NCBI RefSeq assembly: GCF_964204645.1
Contig: NC_134032.1
Coordinates: 4,116,175 to 4,180,174, forward strand
Direction of reading: 5' to 3'
Length of the DNA: 64,000 bases
From: Tubulanus polymorphus
Lineage: Eukaryota > Animalia > Nemertea
In this document: one piece after another, positions 1-11,800 of the stretch
Position numbering within the stretch: position 1 is the stretch's first letter
How the letters are laid out: every line of letters starts with the position of its first letter
Made by a program: the position numbers and the translations under genes
Notes under the pieces: generated by a model
What the model saw: the letters and a program-made list of their open reading frames with translations, nothing else
Told to the model about the DNA's origin: nothing
The model's database searches: none

Positions 1-967
1 TTCTTAAGATTGTTTTTGATTTTTCTGAGTTCTGAAGCAAATTTTATTGATCTGGTTTTTATTTGAATTTTGCCCTCTTCCCACCATTCAATAATTGAGT
101 CGTAGAATAGTTTGTGATTTTGCCATTGTGTCCAAAAGTCTGTTATCATAGTGATGTAATTAGGGTTCTGCAGTAGTTCTTTGTTGAGATGCCAGTATCC
201 CTTGCCACGTTTACCTTGAGAGGAGTTAATTACTAATTCGACGATCTTGTGATCGGAATGAATAGAGTTGACATGTTTCACATGCTCTATGTCTGGCTGT
301 AGAGTGTCTGATACATAAAATCGATCTATTCTTGTTTTAATTACATTGTTATTTCGTTTTGCTACTCTAGAGAATGCTGGTGTGTCTGGATTTTTAAGTC
401 TGTAGGCGTCTGCTAATCTGTATTGTTGACATAAGTTTGCTAATTGTTCTGAACCACTTCTTATACTCGACGAATTGGCAGATGTTGATTCTCGATCTAA
501 AGGACTCTCTATACAATTAAAATCTCCAGCTATTATTGTATGTTCATTTTGATTGAGGTTGAGATAATTACTGATATTGTTTATAAAATTTTTCCTATAG
601 CGCTCTTTATTCGGGGCGTAAATATTGACAATGTTATAAATTTGACCAGATATAGAGATTTTCAAAGCCATTAACCTGCCTTGTGTGTCCGTTGAGTTAC
701 TTAAAATTGAATAGTTTAAAGATCTCCTAATGCCAATAGTTACTCCACATTTTCTCTCATTCGTAAAGTTAGATAATATCTCAAAATTCCTCGATAAGGG
801 TTTAAATTTCTTTGAATTTCGTAGTCACTAGATAAATGGGTTTCTTGTAGTAAGAAGATATCGTGCAGCTTAAGTTTTTCAAAAATGCTTATAGTTCGAG
901 AGTTAGAGTAGGCTAAGCCATTGCAATTGAGTGATAATAATCTTATACGTCCTAATGTATTCGCCAT
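1..967 (-). mobile_element. L1/Tx1-clade non-LTR retrotransposon ORF2, N-terminal APE endonuclease (frameshift near 780; runs off the window start)
   Basis: SLNCNGL...LQETHL in ORF 740..967. In a shifted frame it continues NIYAPN, IAGDFNC, TRIDRFYVS, HSDHKIV, GKGYWHLN, the canonical L1-type endonuclease motifs. Confidence 0.9.
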
Positions 968-1008
968 GTTTTCAGTACCTACATAATAAGTGGAAAATAT
1001 ACATCACC

Positions 1009-2058
1009 TTAGGTCGTTCTCTTGTTTTTTGGCTTTGCTGTCCCGGTTTTGGGTTGAGTTTTCTTCTGTGTCCGATTCACTTGTGGTGGACTCGTTTTCG
1101 CGGGTTCGGTCGTAGCCACGCTTCCATCATCCATCGCGGGTTCATCGTCTTTGTTTGGCGTCTGTGTTTTTTTTGTCGTGGCTACCGGAGCCTCATTGTC
1201 AGTGGTAGATGTAGGGATCCTCTGAGACTTCTTCGGTGTCTGTGGCAGCTCAGTAGGAGAGGACGGTCTCTTCCTGGTTTCCTCGGGTTTCGAGTTGGTC
1301 TTGGCCGCGACAGTTTCCACAACCCTGGTATCTGGAACTTTACTGGTAGTGCTTGCTGCTTCTGCTGGTGTTGGATTGGTCTTCCTTATACTTTGCGAAG
1401 CCATATTCTGTCGATGATGAATTTGTCTGCAGCGATCCGGGGTGTGTGTCGGATGCGAACACGTAACCTGGCATTCAACCCACGTGTGGTTGAATTCTCC
1501 GCAAATCGCGCAGTGATCTGGCTGACCGTTGTAGTATACTCGGATGAGTAAAAGTCCATAAAGTTTTGATTCTAAAGCAATGTTCCTCGGGATCGGCTAG
1601 GAAATAACTACTTCCAGGACTCGCTTCTCACCGTTACGGAAGTTTGTTTTGCCAAGTGTTGGGTGATAAGACCCTGTCAGAATGTTTCCATATCGTTTTA
1701 TGATGCTGTCAACTACATCATGTGGGCAGTCGGTCGGGACACCTTCTATTCTTAAAATTGTTGGAGTTTCAAGCGCTGATCTAAATCTTACTGTTGCTCC
1801 TCTGTGACTGATTGTATGTTTCTTCAAAATATCGTATTTGTCGGATGAACCACAGAATACACCGACATTGTACGGGTTAAAATCAATAACTTTTTCGATG
1901 CATTCACTCGATGTTCGGTTGTTGTGTAGAATTTCACAAATCTGGTTTATGTCCAATTTGCTGTATTGTACTCGAATCTTTGGTACGAGCAAGAAGTTTT
2001 TAAAGTCTTTTGCCATCATGTTGTTGTATCGGAAGGTTCTAGCTTGTTGAAGATCCAT
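1009..2058 (-). mobile_element. L1/Tx1 ORF1 (gag-like), broken by frameshifts
   Basis: ORFs 1597..2058 (LRIEGVP...RNGEKRV, RRM-like) and 1009..1404 (low-complexity tail) are linked by a CCHC knuckle CAICGEFNHTWVEC at ~1471-1512. It lies directly upstream of ORF2. Confidence 0.8.
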
Positions 2059-2065
2059 TGTTTAC

Positions 2066-2270
2066 TGTGCTGACCAGTCTAAGACCAACTTAGTTCTATA
2101 GCTAATCTAACAACTTAAGACCAATCTAAGCTCATTTTGGTTCTATAACCAATCTAACTACATAAAACCAGTCTAAGACCAACTTACTTCTATAGCCAAT
2201 CTAACAACTTAAGACCAGTCTTAAGATTTAAGACCACTTTTGGACTCAAATAATGACTATGCAACTGGCC
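2066..2270. repeat. Dispersed MITE-like repeat with internal 'gaccagtctaagaccaacttag' subrepeats
   Basis: Ends in gactatgcaactggcc. A related copy starts gggccagttgcacagtc at ~58236. Confidence 0.65.
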
Positions 2271-2866
2271 GGGGGGGGGGGGGGCGGAGGCTGTAGCAGC
2301 TTGTTAAGATGGATAAAGATAACCGGTGGATAAATAGCATACATAGTAACAATAAACTTTTAATTGTCACTATCAATAGTCAACTATCCACTGGTTAACT
2401 ATAACAACCAACTTAGAGGCAACTGACTCCTGCACAGTCATAAAGAAACATTAGAAACATATTACAAACATACCAATATTAGACAGGTAAATACTTATTT
2501 ACAATTCATTATTATCTAAAGAATATGATGTCTTGATTTTTATGAAATTCTACTTGGATTATTATTATTAGGCCTATTATCATCATTATTTTTTGTCATT
2601 ATTATTATCACTTTATTTCCTGCAAAAATTATGACATAGTATAATCCTATACATCAGTTTTCTAAGACAGAATATGATTATATGATCATCATAAAAATCT
2701 TACAATATATCAGTGGGACAACATACAGGGGGACAGCTGACCGAAAAATAAAAAATAGTTACAGATAATAGATAGAAAAAACAAATAACACAAAAAGAAA
2801 TGAGAAAAGAAAATTAAAAATAATAGGAATTGATTGTCGCGATTGGCAGATTATAATTCACTGGTT

Positions 2867-5800
2867 TCAGTGTTTGTTTAGTTCTGTTAAAGGTTTCGCA
2901 GGTCGACTGAAGTCTAACTCACCGTACAATCCGACATCTTCCTCGGCGCCTAGGACCATTCGTGGAGCAGTACGCCCCCTAGAGGTGCTCGGTTGAAGCC
3001 TCGCGGGTTCCGGTCGGGACACGTTGTCTAGTCGTGCATAGATCGTCCCATCTTCACCAATATCCTGAAGAAGAAAAGATGTTTAATTATCTCGCAATTT
3101 ATGCGGGTATCAACAACCTAATAGTCGGGACCCCCTACCGCCCTCAGTGTGGACCCCTCACCCTTCAGTCTAAAACCTGCACCCCTCAGCCAGAAACTTG
3201 CATTACCTTCAGCCTTGACCCTGCATTCCCTTCAGATTGTTGAAGGGTTGGTTCCATGCTATAGATTGAGGGGTAGTGGGTGGTTCCACGCTATAGATTG
3301 AGGGAGTGTGGGTGGCTCCAAGCTATAGATTGAGGGGGTGTGGGTGGTTCCACGCTATACATTGAGGGGATGTGGGTGGCTCTAAGCTATAGATTGAGGG
3401 GGTGTGGGTGGTTTCACGCTAAATATTGAGGGGGTGTGGGTGGTCCTATGCTATAGATTGAGGGGTGTGTGGGTGGTTCCATGCTATAGATTGAGGGGGT
3501 GTGGGTGGTTCCATGCTATAGATTGAGGGGTGTGGGTGGTTCCATGCTATAGATTGAGGGGGTGTGGGTGGTTCTAGATCGGGATGGTTCGATACAAACC
3601 TCAATATAAACACTTCCAGCCGTGAAATCATCGTCTTCAACATTCTCAACTAGAAATAAAAAACACATTTCAGAAATAGAATCAGTTTAAGAAATTCGAA
3701 ACGGATTCCGGCTGGACGCGTGGACATGCGTGCGCACCTTCTTCAATGAACCCGACACCAGCAGCAGGTGGAGCAGCTGGAGTAGATGGAGCGGGTGGAG
3801 CAACAGTTCGTCTGCCGATCCGAGCTACAAAACACAGAGAAATATCGCGTTATCACGGACAATTCCGACAGAGTCAGTTACGTCATTTCAAACATGTTAA
3901 AACACGAGTTACCACTAGCGCCAACAGAACATTCATTCTAAGAGTTTCACCGTATTTCTCATCAACAGTAAACTCTTTTAGGTCAAGGACTCGATGAGTT
4001 TTAGGAATAGTTTGTTTCGGAATAAAGGAAGGACTAGTACCGGTACTAGTACTGAACTGTTCACTGCACTAGCCAAATCTACGGATTAGAACCTACAGTT
4101 TATAGTTAATTTACGGTTCATATGGTTGCCAGTTATTAAGAGTAAGACAAGACAATAAGATAAAAACCCACTATTTACAGATTAAAAGAATTTTAGAACA
4201 AAAATTTATTTATTCAATCTAAAATATATAGAATACACGACGTTTCAATCTCACCCTAGATATCATCGTCGGGTGTCTGAGATCGAAACGTCGTGTATTC
4301 TATATATTTTAGATTGAATAAATAAATTCTTGTTCTAAAATTCTTTTAATCTGTAAATAGTGGGATTTTATCATATTATCCGTTCACCACGTTTGAGTGT
4401 GGTTATCGTTCTATTACAAGAAGTTTTGAGGACCAAATGATAGAATGATATCGGGTATTGTAATCAGGTCATCAGACCTGACTGGTCACCACTCGACTGT
4501 GATGATTGCTTAGGGCTAATTCCACACGTCTATGTTTTGCCTAGAACATAAATATTTGGTAATAGTCTTCGAGTCTGACAAATTCATATTTCCAATTCAA
4601 TATACTAAGTATAAGTCATCATTTGTATGAATCATCAGCATCATTATCGGGTTCCTGACTAGTATAGAAAATCTCTAGATATAAGAATAATCTATGCATG
4701 GAATATTCAATTGGTTCTGATGCTGCTAAAACTGGATTTACAGCAATATTACGACATTGAGTGACGAGTTCTCAAACCCCCTGTAAAATATAAACAACGA
4801 ACCAGTAGTATTTCTGTTATACATGTTTCTGCGGTGTACATACAACACGACCGTTACTACGATAACGATTGCAATCACAATTGAGAAACCGATTGCACTG
4901 CCAACTGTTGCCCAGAAACCAGCCACCGTGTACGCAGGACCAGCATTTTTAGAATCTGCAATTATATAAAACTCAACTGTATGTCAACAGTTTCAAATTC
5001 ATTATTTTCGTGGCATTTTTGTTTCAAAAAAGTTTAAAGAGTAAAATGCTTTAATCAGGGTATTTATTTCGCATGAAATGAATGTACACTTTCTAAAACT
5101 TTGGTGATCAATAGAAATAACTCACTTGACGTTGAGGTGGTTTCTGTGACTTGTGTCACTGTTGATGGTCCTACAAATATAAATATATATGTTTGTTCAA
5201 TTTTCAAATGGTACCTAACCCAACCTGCAAGGGGCTCGTGTAACCAATTGATTGTACACTTTTTAAACCTTCTGTAAAAATAACTCACTTGACGTTGAGG
5301 TGGTTTCTGTAACTTGTGTCACTGCTGATGGTCCTACAAATATATATTATCGATTTTGAATATGGTTCGACTCGCGGTGCCGCCGTGTTTTAACTGAAGT
5401 TCAAGCTACAGGACTTAGATTCAACTCCACACAATCAAACAAACTAACAACTTACGCAACCATTTTCGGGCTTAAGAAGTCACAACTGTGCAGGTTTACA
5501 GGTTGTGCTACTCACCAAAATCTACAGTGTTTAACTTGAGGTACTCATTGTGGTACTCACCAAATTCTACAGTTTTTAACTCAATAACAGCCACTTGATT
5601 CGATCCAATGTATGTGCTGGTGGTTGAGTCTGACATCGTTTTTGTTGTGTTAGCGACAAATTGTTGATTCGGGAAAATCTTACTGGAGAACATTGTGAAC
5701 TACAACGAGAAAATCAGAGATAGATTGTAAAAACCTGAGAGAGGTGTGAGGGGTGAGGAGGTGAGAGAGTTAGTGAGGAGGTGAGGGAGTGAGAAATGAG

Positions 5801-8800
5801 AGGGTGTGAGGAGGGTAGAGTAGAAGGGGAGATTGTGAGGGGTGAGGCGGACAATGAGAGGGAGAGGGGGAAGGAGGGCAAGGGGAACCTGTATTGATTA
5901 TTTCAATCAATTCACCTGTAAAATGTAAATCACTGATGATCCTCGATTCCAGATAGCGACGCGAGTAGGATGACCTACATCATGAGTAGGATGACCTACA
6001 TAATGAGCAGGTTGACCTACATTACGAGCAGTTTAGGACTTATTGACAACTTACTTGTTTTAGCAACCACCATTTTTCTCTATTTCCGGATTCGCGTTTT
6101 ATTTTTACAGTTTTAGGTTTTCCAATATTTCTCGTGAAGATGATCACATCTTTTCGTTCTCTGTGTTCCCCGAATTGTGAACCTAGATATGTAAACTGTG
6201 ATTCATTTCGGTCACCGATAATCTGAATATCAACTCTTCCACTGGTATAGTATAACCTGGAACTATTCCACTTGATTCCACTAAAAACAGTGATCTGCCA
6301 TTTAACTAGAAATAACAAGAAAAAATATGACTTTTCACACTTGACCGCAATCTGTGAGGAGGGACCCTTTTACGACCTTTGAGGATAATTCAAACACGGA
6401 TTGGAGCGGATAATCATCATTATCATCAGCTTTCAGCGTGGAGCCTTAGTAGACTTTACACCTAGCCCGCTTGAGGCGTTAAGTTGCTCATAACTCAGGT
6501 TTTAAAAGAAAAGGTTTGTTAGCCTAGGCTTACCGCCACAGTCTAATTATAAGTTCAGTTCATAAGGTATTCTGAGTTCAATAATACGTTTTAACGAACC
6601 TGGTTTATGAATTTCTGAATGATAATTACAAGTCTGTGTGTTTGTGTGGCTCTTACTGCAGTTATACATGTACACAACATTGTCACCATCTATCACACCT
6701 ACTAGCGCCACCTATTGAATTTAAATATATGAATATATGAGTTAATATCAAATTCACACCGGCCTCTCTCTCCACTCCCTCTCCATATTTCTATAACCTG
6801 GATGACGCGCCAGTTTGTATTCCGTGCAGATTTCAACATGAGTTTTCTCGGTGGATGTGGATTTGTGATGTTCACTGGTAACAACAGTTCGTGAGTCTTG
6901 TTTGATCCGGCCTCGAACTCGATTCCCAGGTGGAAGTACGTGATGTCACTACCTGTCTCACCGAAACCTATCCTGACTGTTTGTATTATAATACCTGTAC
7001 GCCCTGTAAACACTATCACCTGCCAAACTGAACCTGAAAGAAATAACAACTGATTTATGTGGTATCCATGGATCTCATCAATTTCAGAATTTCGTTCAAA
7101 TATTTCATTTTTCTACCATTTTTATTGATAAACTATCTTAACCTTTACCTCGTACAAACCGCCAGTACAGTTTGAACCCGACATAGTTTCTATTACTGTC
7201 TGATGTAAACTGTATTGTTATATTTCCAGTGTATAATCGTTTACCAGGAGCTGTCCAGCCACAATATTGATTACTCCCTGATGAAGAAATAAATCTGATA
7301 AAACTTTATGAATCATAAAAAATCATTCACGGTGTGAAGTGTGTTTAGATCTTTACCGATTTCACTTCCTATCGTCAACTTGTCCCAGCAAACACCTTTA
7401 TAATTGACATCTGTACTTTCCTTTATATGAAAATTCTTGTCAAATGATATTTCAACCAGCTGCAAAAATATATATATACAAACTTAGAATTGAATTATCA
7501 TTCATTATCTATTTCAGGAACCGTTTATTTTGATCAGTTTTAACTTAAACCCGGAATTATCGGTTAAACTAAATCCAGGGATAAAGTTAGACCTAATCTT
7601 AGCCCCATTGAGTTTCTACTAGTGCAAATATTACTCACTCCTGAGACCTGCTCGTGCAGAAATTGCGACAATATCATTTTTTTTCTCTAGGATCAACATT
7701 TCACAAATACACAATGTAGATATTTACCATGTTTTCAGGGGTTTTAATCACAATGTATATATTTACCTTGTTTTTTGGAGTCTCAATCCTCCATTTACAA
7801 TCAAGGTGTTCACTATATTTGTCCGGATATTTAGGACTGGTGATGTAACCTGATGTATCATCCTGTACTCTAGGTTTCTTACTACAAGTCGAATCAACTA
7901 CAAATAAATATTGAATTGAATTGTTTTATATGTGATCTACTGATTCCATGATAAACTTCTCATTATGAGCTACCTTTTAATATCCTCCAAATCAGTTTAA
8001 ACCCTTTATACGTGTAGTTTACACTGTTGTCTGATATAAACACATCACCGGTATAGTATTGTGTAGAGGGCGCTGTACTGCCACAATATCCAATTCCACC
8101 TACTGTAATATAACAATCATAATGATTCTAATATATCTTTATTCATCTCCACTTTTACTAAATAATTATTATATAAATACTGATAAAAGATGAAAGTTAA
8201 AAGTACACAAATATAATTCAGAGTTCAGTTTCACTGATAAGATTTAAAACCATTCTAATGAGTGAAGACTATTTTTGGACTCATGCGAAATTAAATCATG
8301 TTTTGTTTCGTTAAAAGAAAATAATGAAGAACGTGATTCGATTCTTACTCGCTATATAGTCAACGCAATTCCCTCCGATATTTGGGGGCTGCAGGCTGAA
8401 TGTTTCAAACAATATTTCAACTTTCTGAAATAGAAATAATTTAGATGTATCGTTATTGAAATGTGTTCACATCATTCTAACTGGTTGTAATCATTAAGGG
8501 TTATTGATAATGAGTGATGTAATGTAATAGTTAAACAGTTCAGCACCCGATTGTCGGGTTCAAAGAGAAATAAAAGTTCTGTTCGACACTCGTACAAAAT
8601 GTGCTGACAAAAATATTCTTCCTAAAGCCCGGCGCCCGATCGATCGTATGATCGCTTCATCGCATGGTTTTATCGCGTCGTCGTAAAGGTATGCCGTGGC
8701 ATCCGGAGCCGATTACATCGCATCATCGCAACAAATCAAACATGTTCGATATTTTCGCATGCCATTTTTCCGTGCGATAAAAATCGTAAAGGTCTGCGGG

Positions 8801-11800
8801 CTACGCTGCCGATTTTCCGAACGAAAATGTTTAGTAGCCAATCAGAATTAAGGATGAAGCAGTCACGTGATGCTCAAAATGGCGGCTCAGTCACGTATTT
8901 GAGGCCTTCATAAAAATCGCTAAGGTATGCGGGGATGATGCGATTTTCATTGTGTCATCGCATACGATGATATGATGATCGTAAAGGTGTGCGCACCCGG
9001 TTTAACAGTGAATATTTCTCACTCCTGAGATTCACAATTTCCTGTGTTTTATATTTACCGTGTTTACAGGTGGAACAATCTTCCATCTACACCACAGGTA
9101 CGCACTATAATTGTCCGGATAACTAGGAGTCGTTATGGTACCTGATCTACCGGTCTGTAATCTGTATGACCGACTGCAAGTTGAATCTGTGTTCTTGTCT
9201 GCTAATATAGAAAACATATCAATGAATGTACAGAAACCGGTCTGTAATCTATATGACCGCCCGTTACTACAAATTGAGTCAGTTTTAACATCTGCCAATA
9301 TAGAAAAAATGTCAATGAACTTATACAGAAACTGCTGCCGCCTGATATCATGGCGCGGAGTAAAAGATTCCAACTTTATTTGACTGCCACGGTCGTCTAG
9401 TAGTAAGTAACTGTGCCAATGCTCGCAGGCCTTAGTTTCAATACTGTTCTCTTTTCTCTCCGCTGTATTTTCTCTACACATTTTTAAAGTCGCGCACATC
9501 AGTACGCATGCGCGGTGTAAATTAGCCAATCAGAGCGAGTTATCGGCAAAATAGTGTTTACAGGAATAATTATGCTACGTCGGTGAATTATCGCTCGCCC
9601 CCAAAAACTGACGCGTTCTGAATAAAGATGGCCGACTAGTGGCCACTTTTCTTCGCCGAAATCAGCACTTTTTATACATTCTAAAAATGTTCAAGGGAAA
9701 TTTTAAAGTTGCTTTGATCAATTCATCTTTCTTACATGTGTATCTCCCAAGGGCTGATCAGCTCAGAAATGGGTTGGTCGGCTGTGTGTGATTGTTTTGT
9801 TCCCAAAAAGGTCGACTGATTTTGGTTTCACCTTTTGCTCTACGATCCTTTATCGGACACTAGGTTCGCGGTGTAATTTATGCCTGAATTCAGAGACCTT
9901 CATCTATTCCTCGCTTGCAAGGGTTTGATTCCCTACCGCTAACACAAACTCTTCAATGAACTACTATATTGCCTATGCTTTATTGAAATAAAAGAACTGC
10001 CCATGAAAACTGCTGGCTACAGGTCCGGAACAACGCGTCATATTGGCCATTTACTGAAGTAAAAAGTCATAGTTTTAACTGATGTCAATGTGTAATGTAT
10101 AAATGCTTCACGTCAAAATCTAATCTATTAATAGATTTACAATCAACTTCCTATTTGATGTGATATATACGAATATGTGCTTGAAATCATAGACAAAAAT
10201 CACTTCAAACTGTTTGGAATCTTGTGTTAAAATTAGCAGGACTGCAACCTCTAAAAACTGTTATCAGTAACAAGTTGAATTTTCTATTGAAATATGAAAG
10301 AAAATTAATCAGTAATCGACAGTAAGACCCTCAGTAACACCTTTCATATCTCTGTTCAAATTAATCAGTAATCAACAGTAAGACCCTCAGTAACATCTTT
10401 TATATTTCTGTTCAAATTAATCAGTTATCAACAGTAAGACCCTCAGTAACATCTTTCATATGTCTGCACAAATTAATCAATAATCAACAGTAAGACCCTC
10501 AGTAACATCTTTCACATTTTTGTAAGCATCAAACAAATCAAATCAGTATTTCTCTGGATAAAGAAGTAACAAATACTGAAAATGTAGAACAGTTCACAGT
10601 TCTGTATTAGTTCATCATCAATGATTTAACCCTAGAATCATAAACTCAAGTGGAACTATGGAACTGGATCCTGATAATTATTAATCTAAATCTTTGAATA
10701 GAAGCCTGCACCAGTGGGGGGAGGGTTTATGAAGAGAGGATGCTACAGTATCCTATCACAACCATGGAGGAGGGCGTGTTACAGGGGATCCACACATCAG
10801 ATATACTTGCAGTCTTCTATATCGTCTTAGGGGACTCTGGCAATTTGAAAATTGATCATCAAACCCGACCCCAAATTTAATCATTAAGTGTATAAAATAA
10901 ATCCTGGACCTTCATAATCTGAATTGAAATACTCTATGACAAAGGAAAGATGACTGGATATCTACCAGAATCTATTTATCATCTTGCCTTCCTCGTAAAT
11001 GGTCACTATTTTCGAAATAACTTAAAGCCCGGCGCACGCAAGTATTGGAGTAAACGAATCAACCTTTTTTGATCTCGTGACAAGTCGGGCAGCAGAGTTT
11101 TGGATAAGCTGCAACTTTTTTTATATTGTACTGACTTGTACCAAGGAAGAGACTATTGCAGTAATCAAGTCTAGAAGTTATAAAACAATGAACTAATCTT
11201 TCCGTGATTGGATTATTTAAAAAATGTCTGGTGGTCATATTGATGTCAAAATAATCACCCAGATTCCGTACCACTTTGCTAGGATGTATTGCACAATCTC
11301 CGATTTGTATAAACTCTAAAAACTCTGATCTACTTTTACTTTGAAATATTGAGGTAAAAACCATTAATCATTAGATCATTAGACAGTAGATCATTAGACA
11401 GTAGATCATTCGAACATTGAAAAGTTCATCATTAGATTATTAGACAGTTGATCATGAGTGGAAAAGGATAAAAAAAGGATATTATTAGGATAAAAAAATA
11501 AATAAAAAAATTAAATAAAATAAATAAAATAATAAATAAAAATAATAAATAAAATAATAGAACAAGAAAATTAACTTTAATGAATCATTTGACGCCTGCG
11601 AAAAAATGTAGATTTTCTGGGAGAAGCCAATGTGGAATTGCAAATTTGAAATCGAAGTTCTAAGAAATTTGGGGAATTATGAGATTTGGCGATTGGGTAG
11701 ATGATACAGTCTTCAATTGGTCTAATTTAAAAAAAATTGTCAACTTGTGACCGACTTCGATTCACTTTTGCCTCTAAGCTGGTCTGCAACTTCATTGCCT

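Noticed and set aside
931-1551. 206-aa plus-strand ORF
   Set aside because: Antisense shadow of the L1/Tx1 ORF1.
6366-6620. Additional small exons of receptor A (e.g. a 9-nt micro-exon before the donor at ~6530)
   Set aside because: They are conserved in both copies, but so are the introns. They are not needed for frame and cannot be supported without transcripts.
9032-9529. 165-aa ORF as a standalone gene
   Set aside because: Only the 3' part is a CUB exon; the rest is intron/repeat read-through. The same applies to ORFs 6040..6318, 6702..7049 and 27378..27671.
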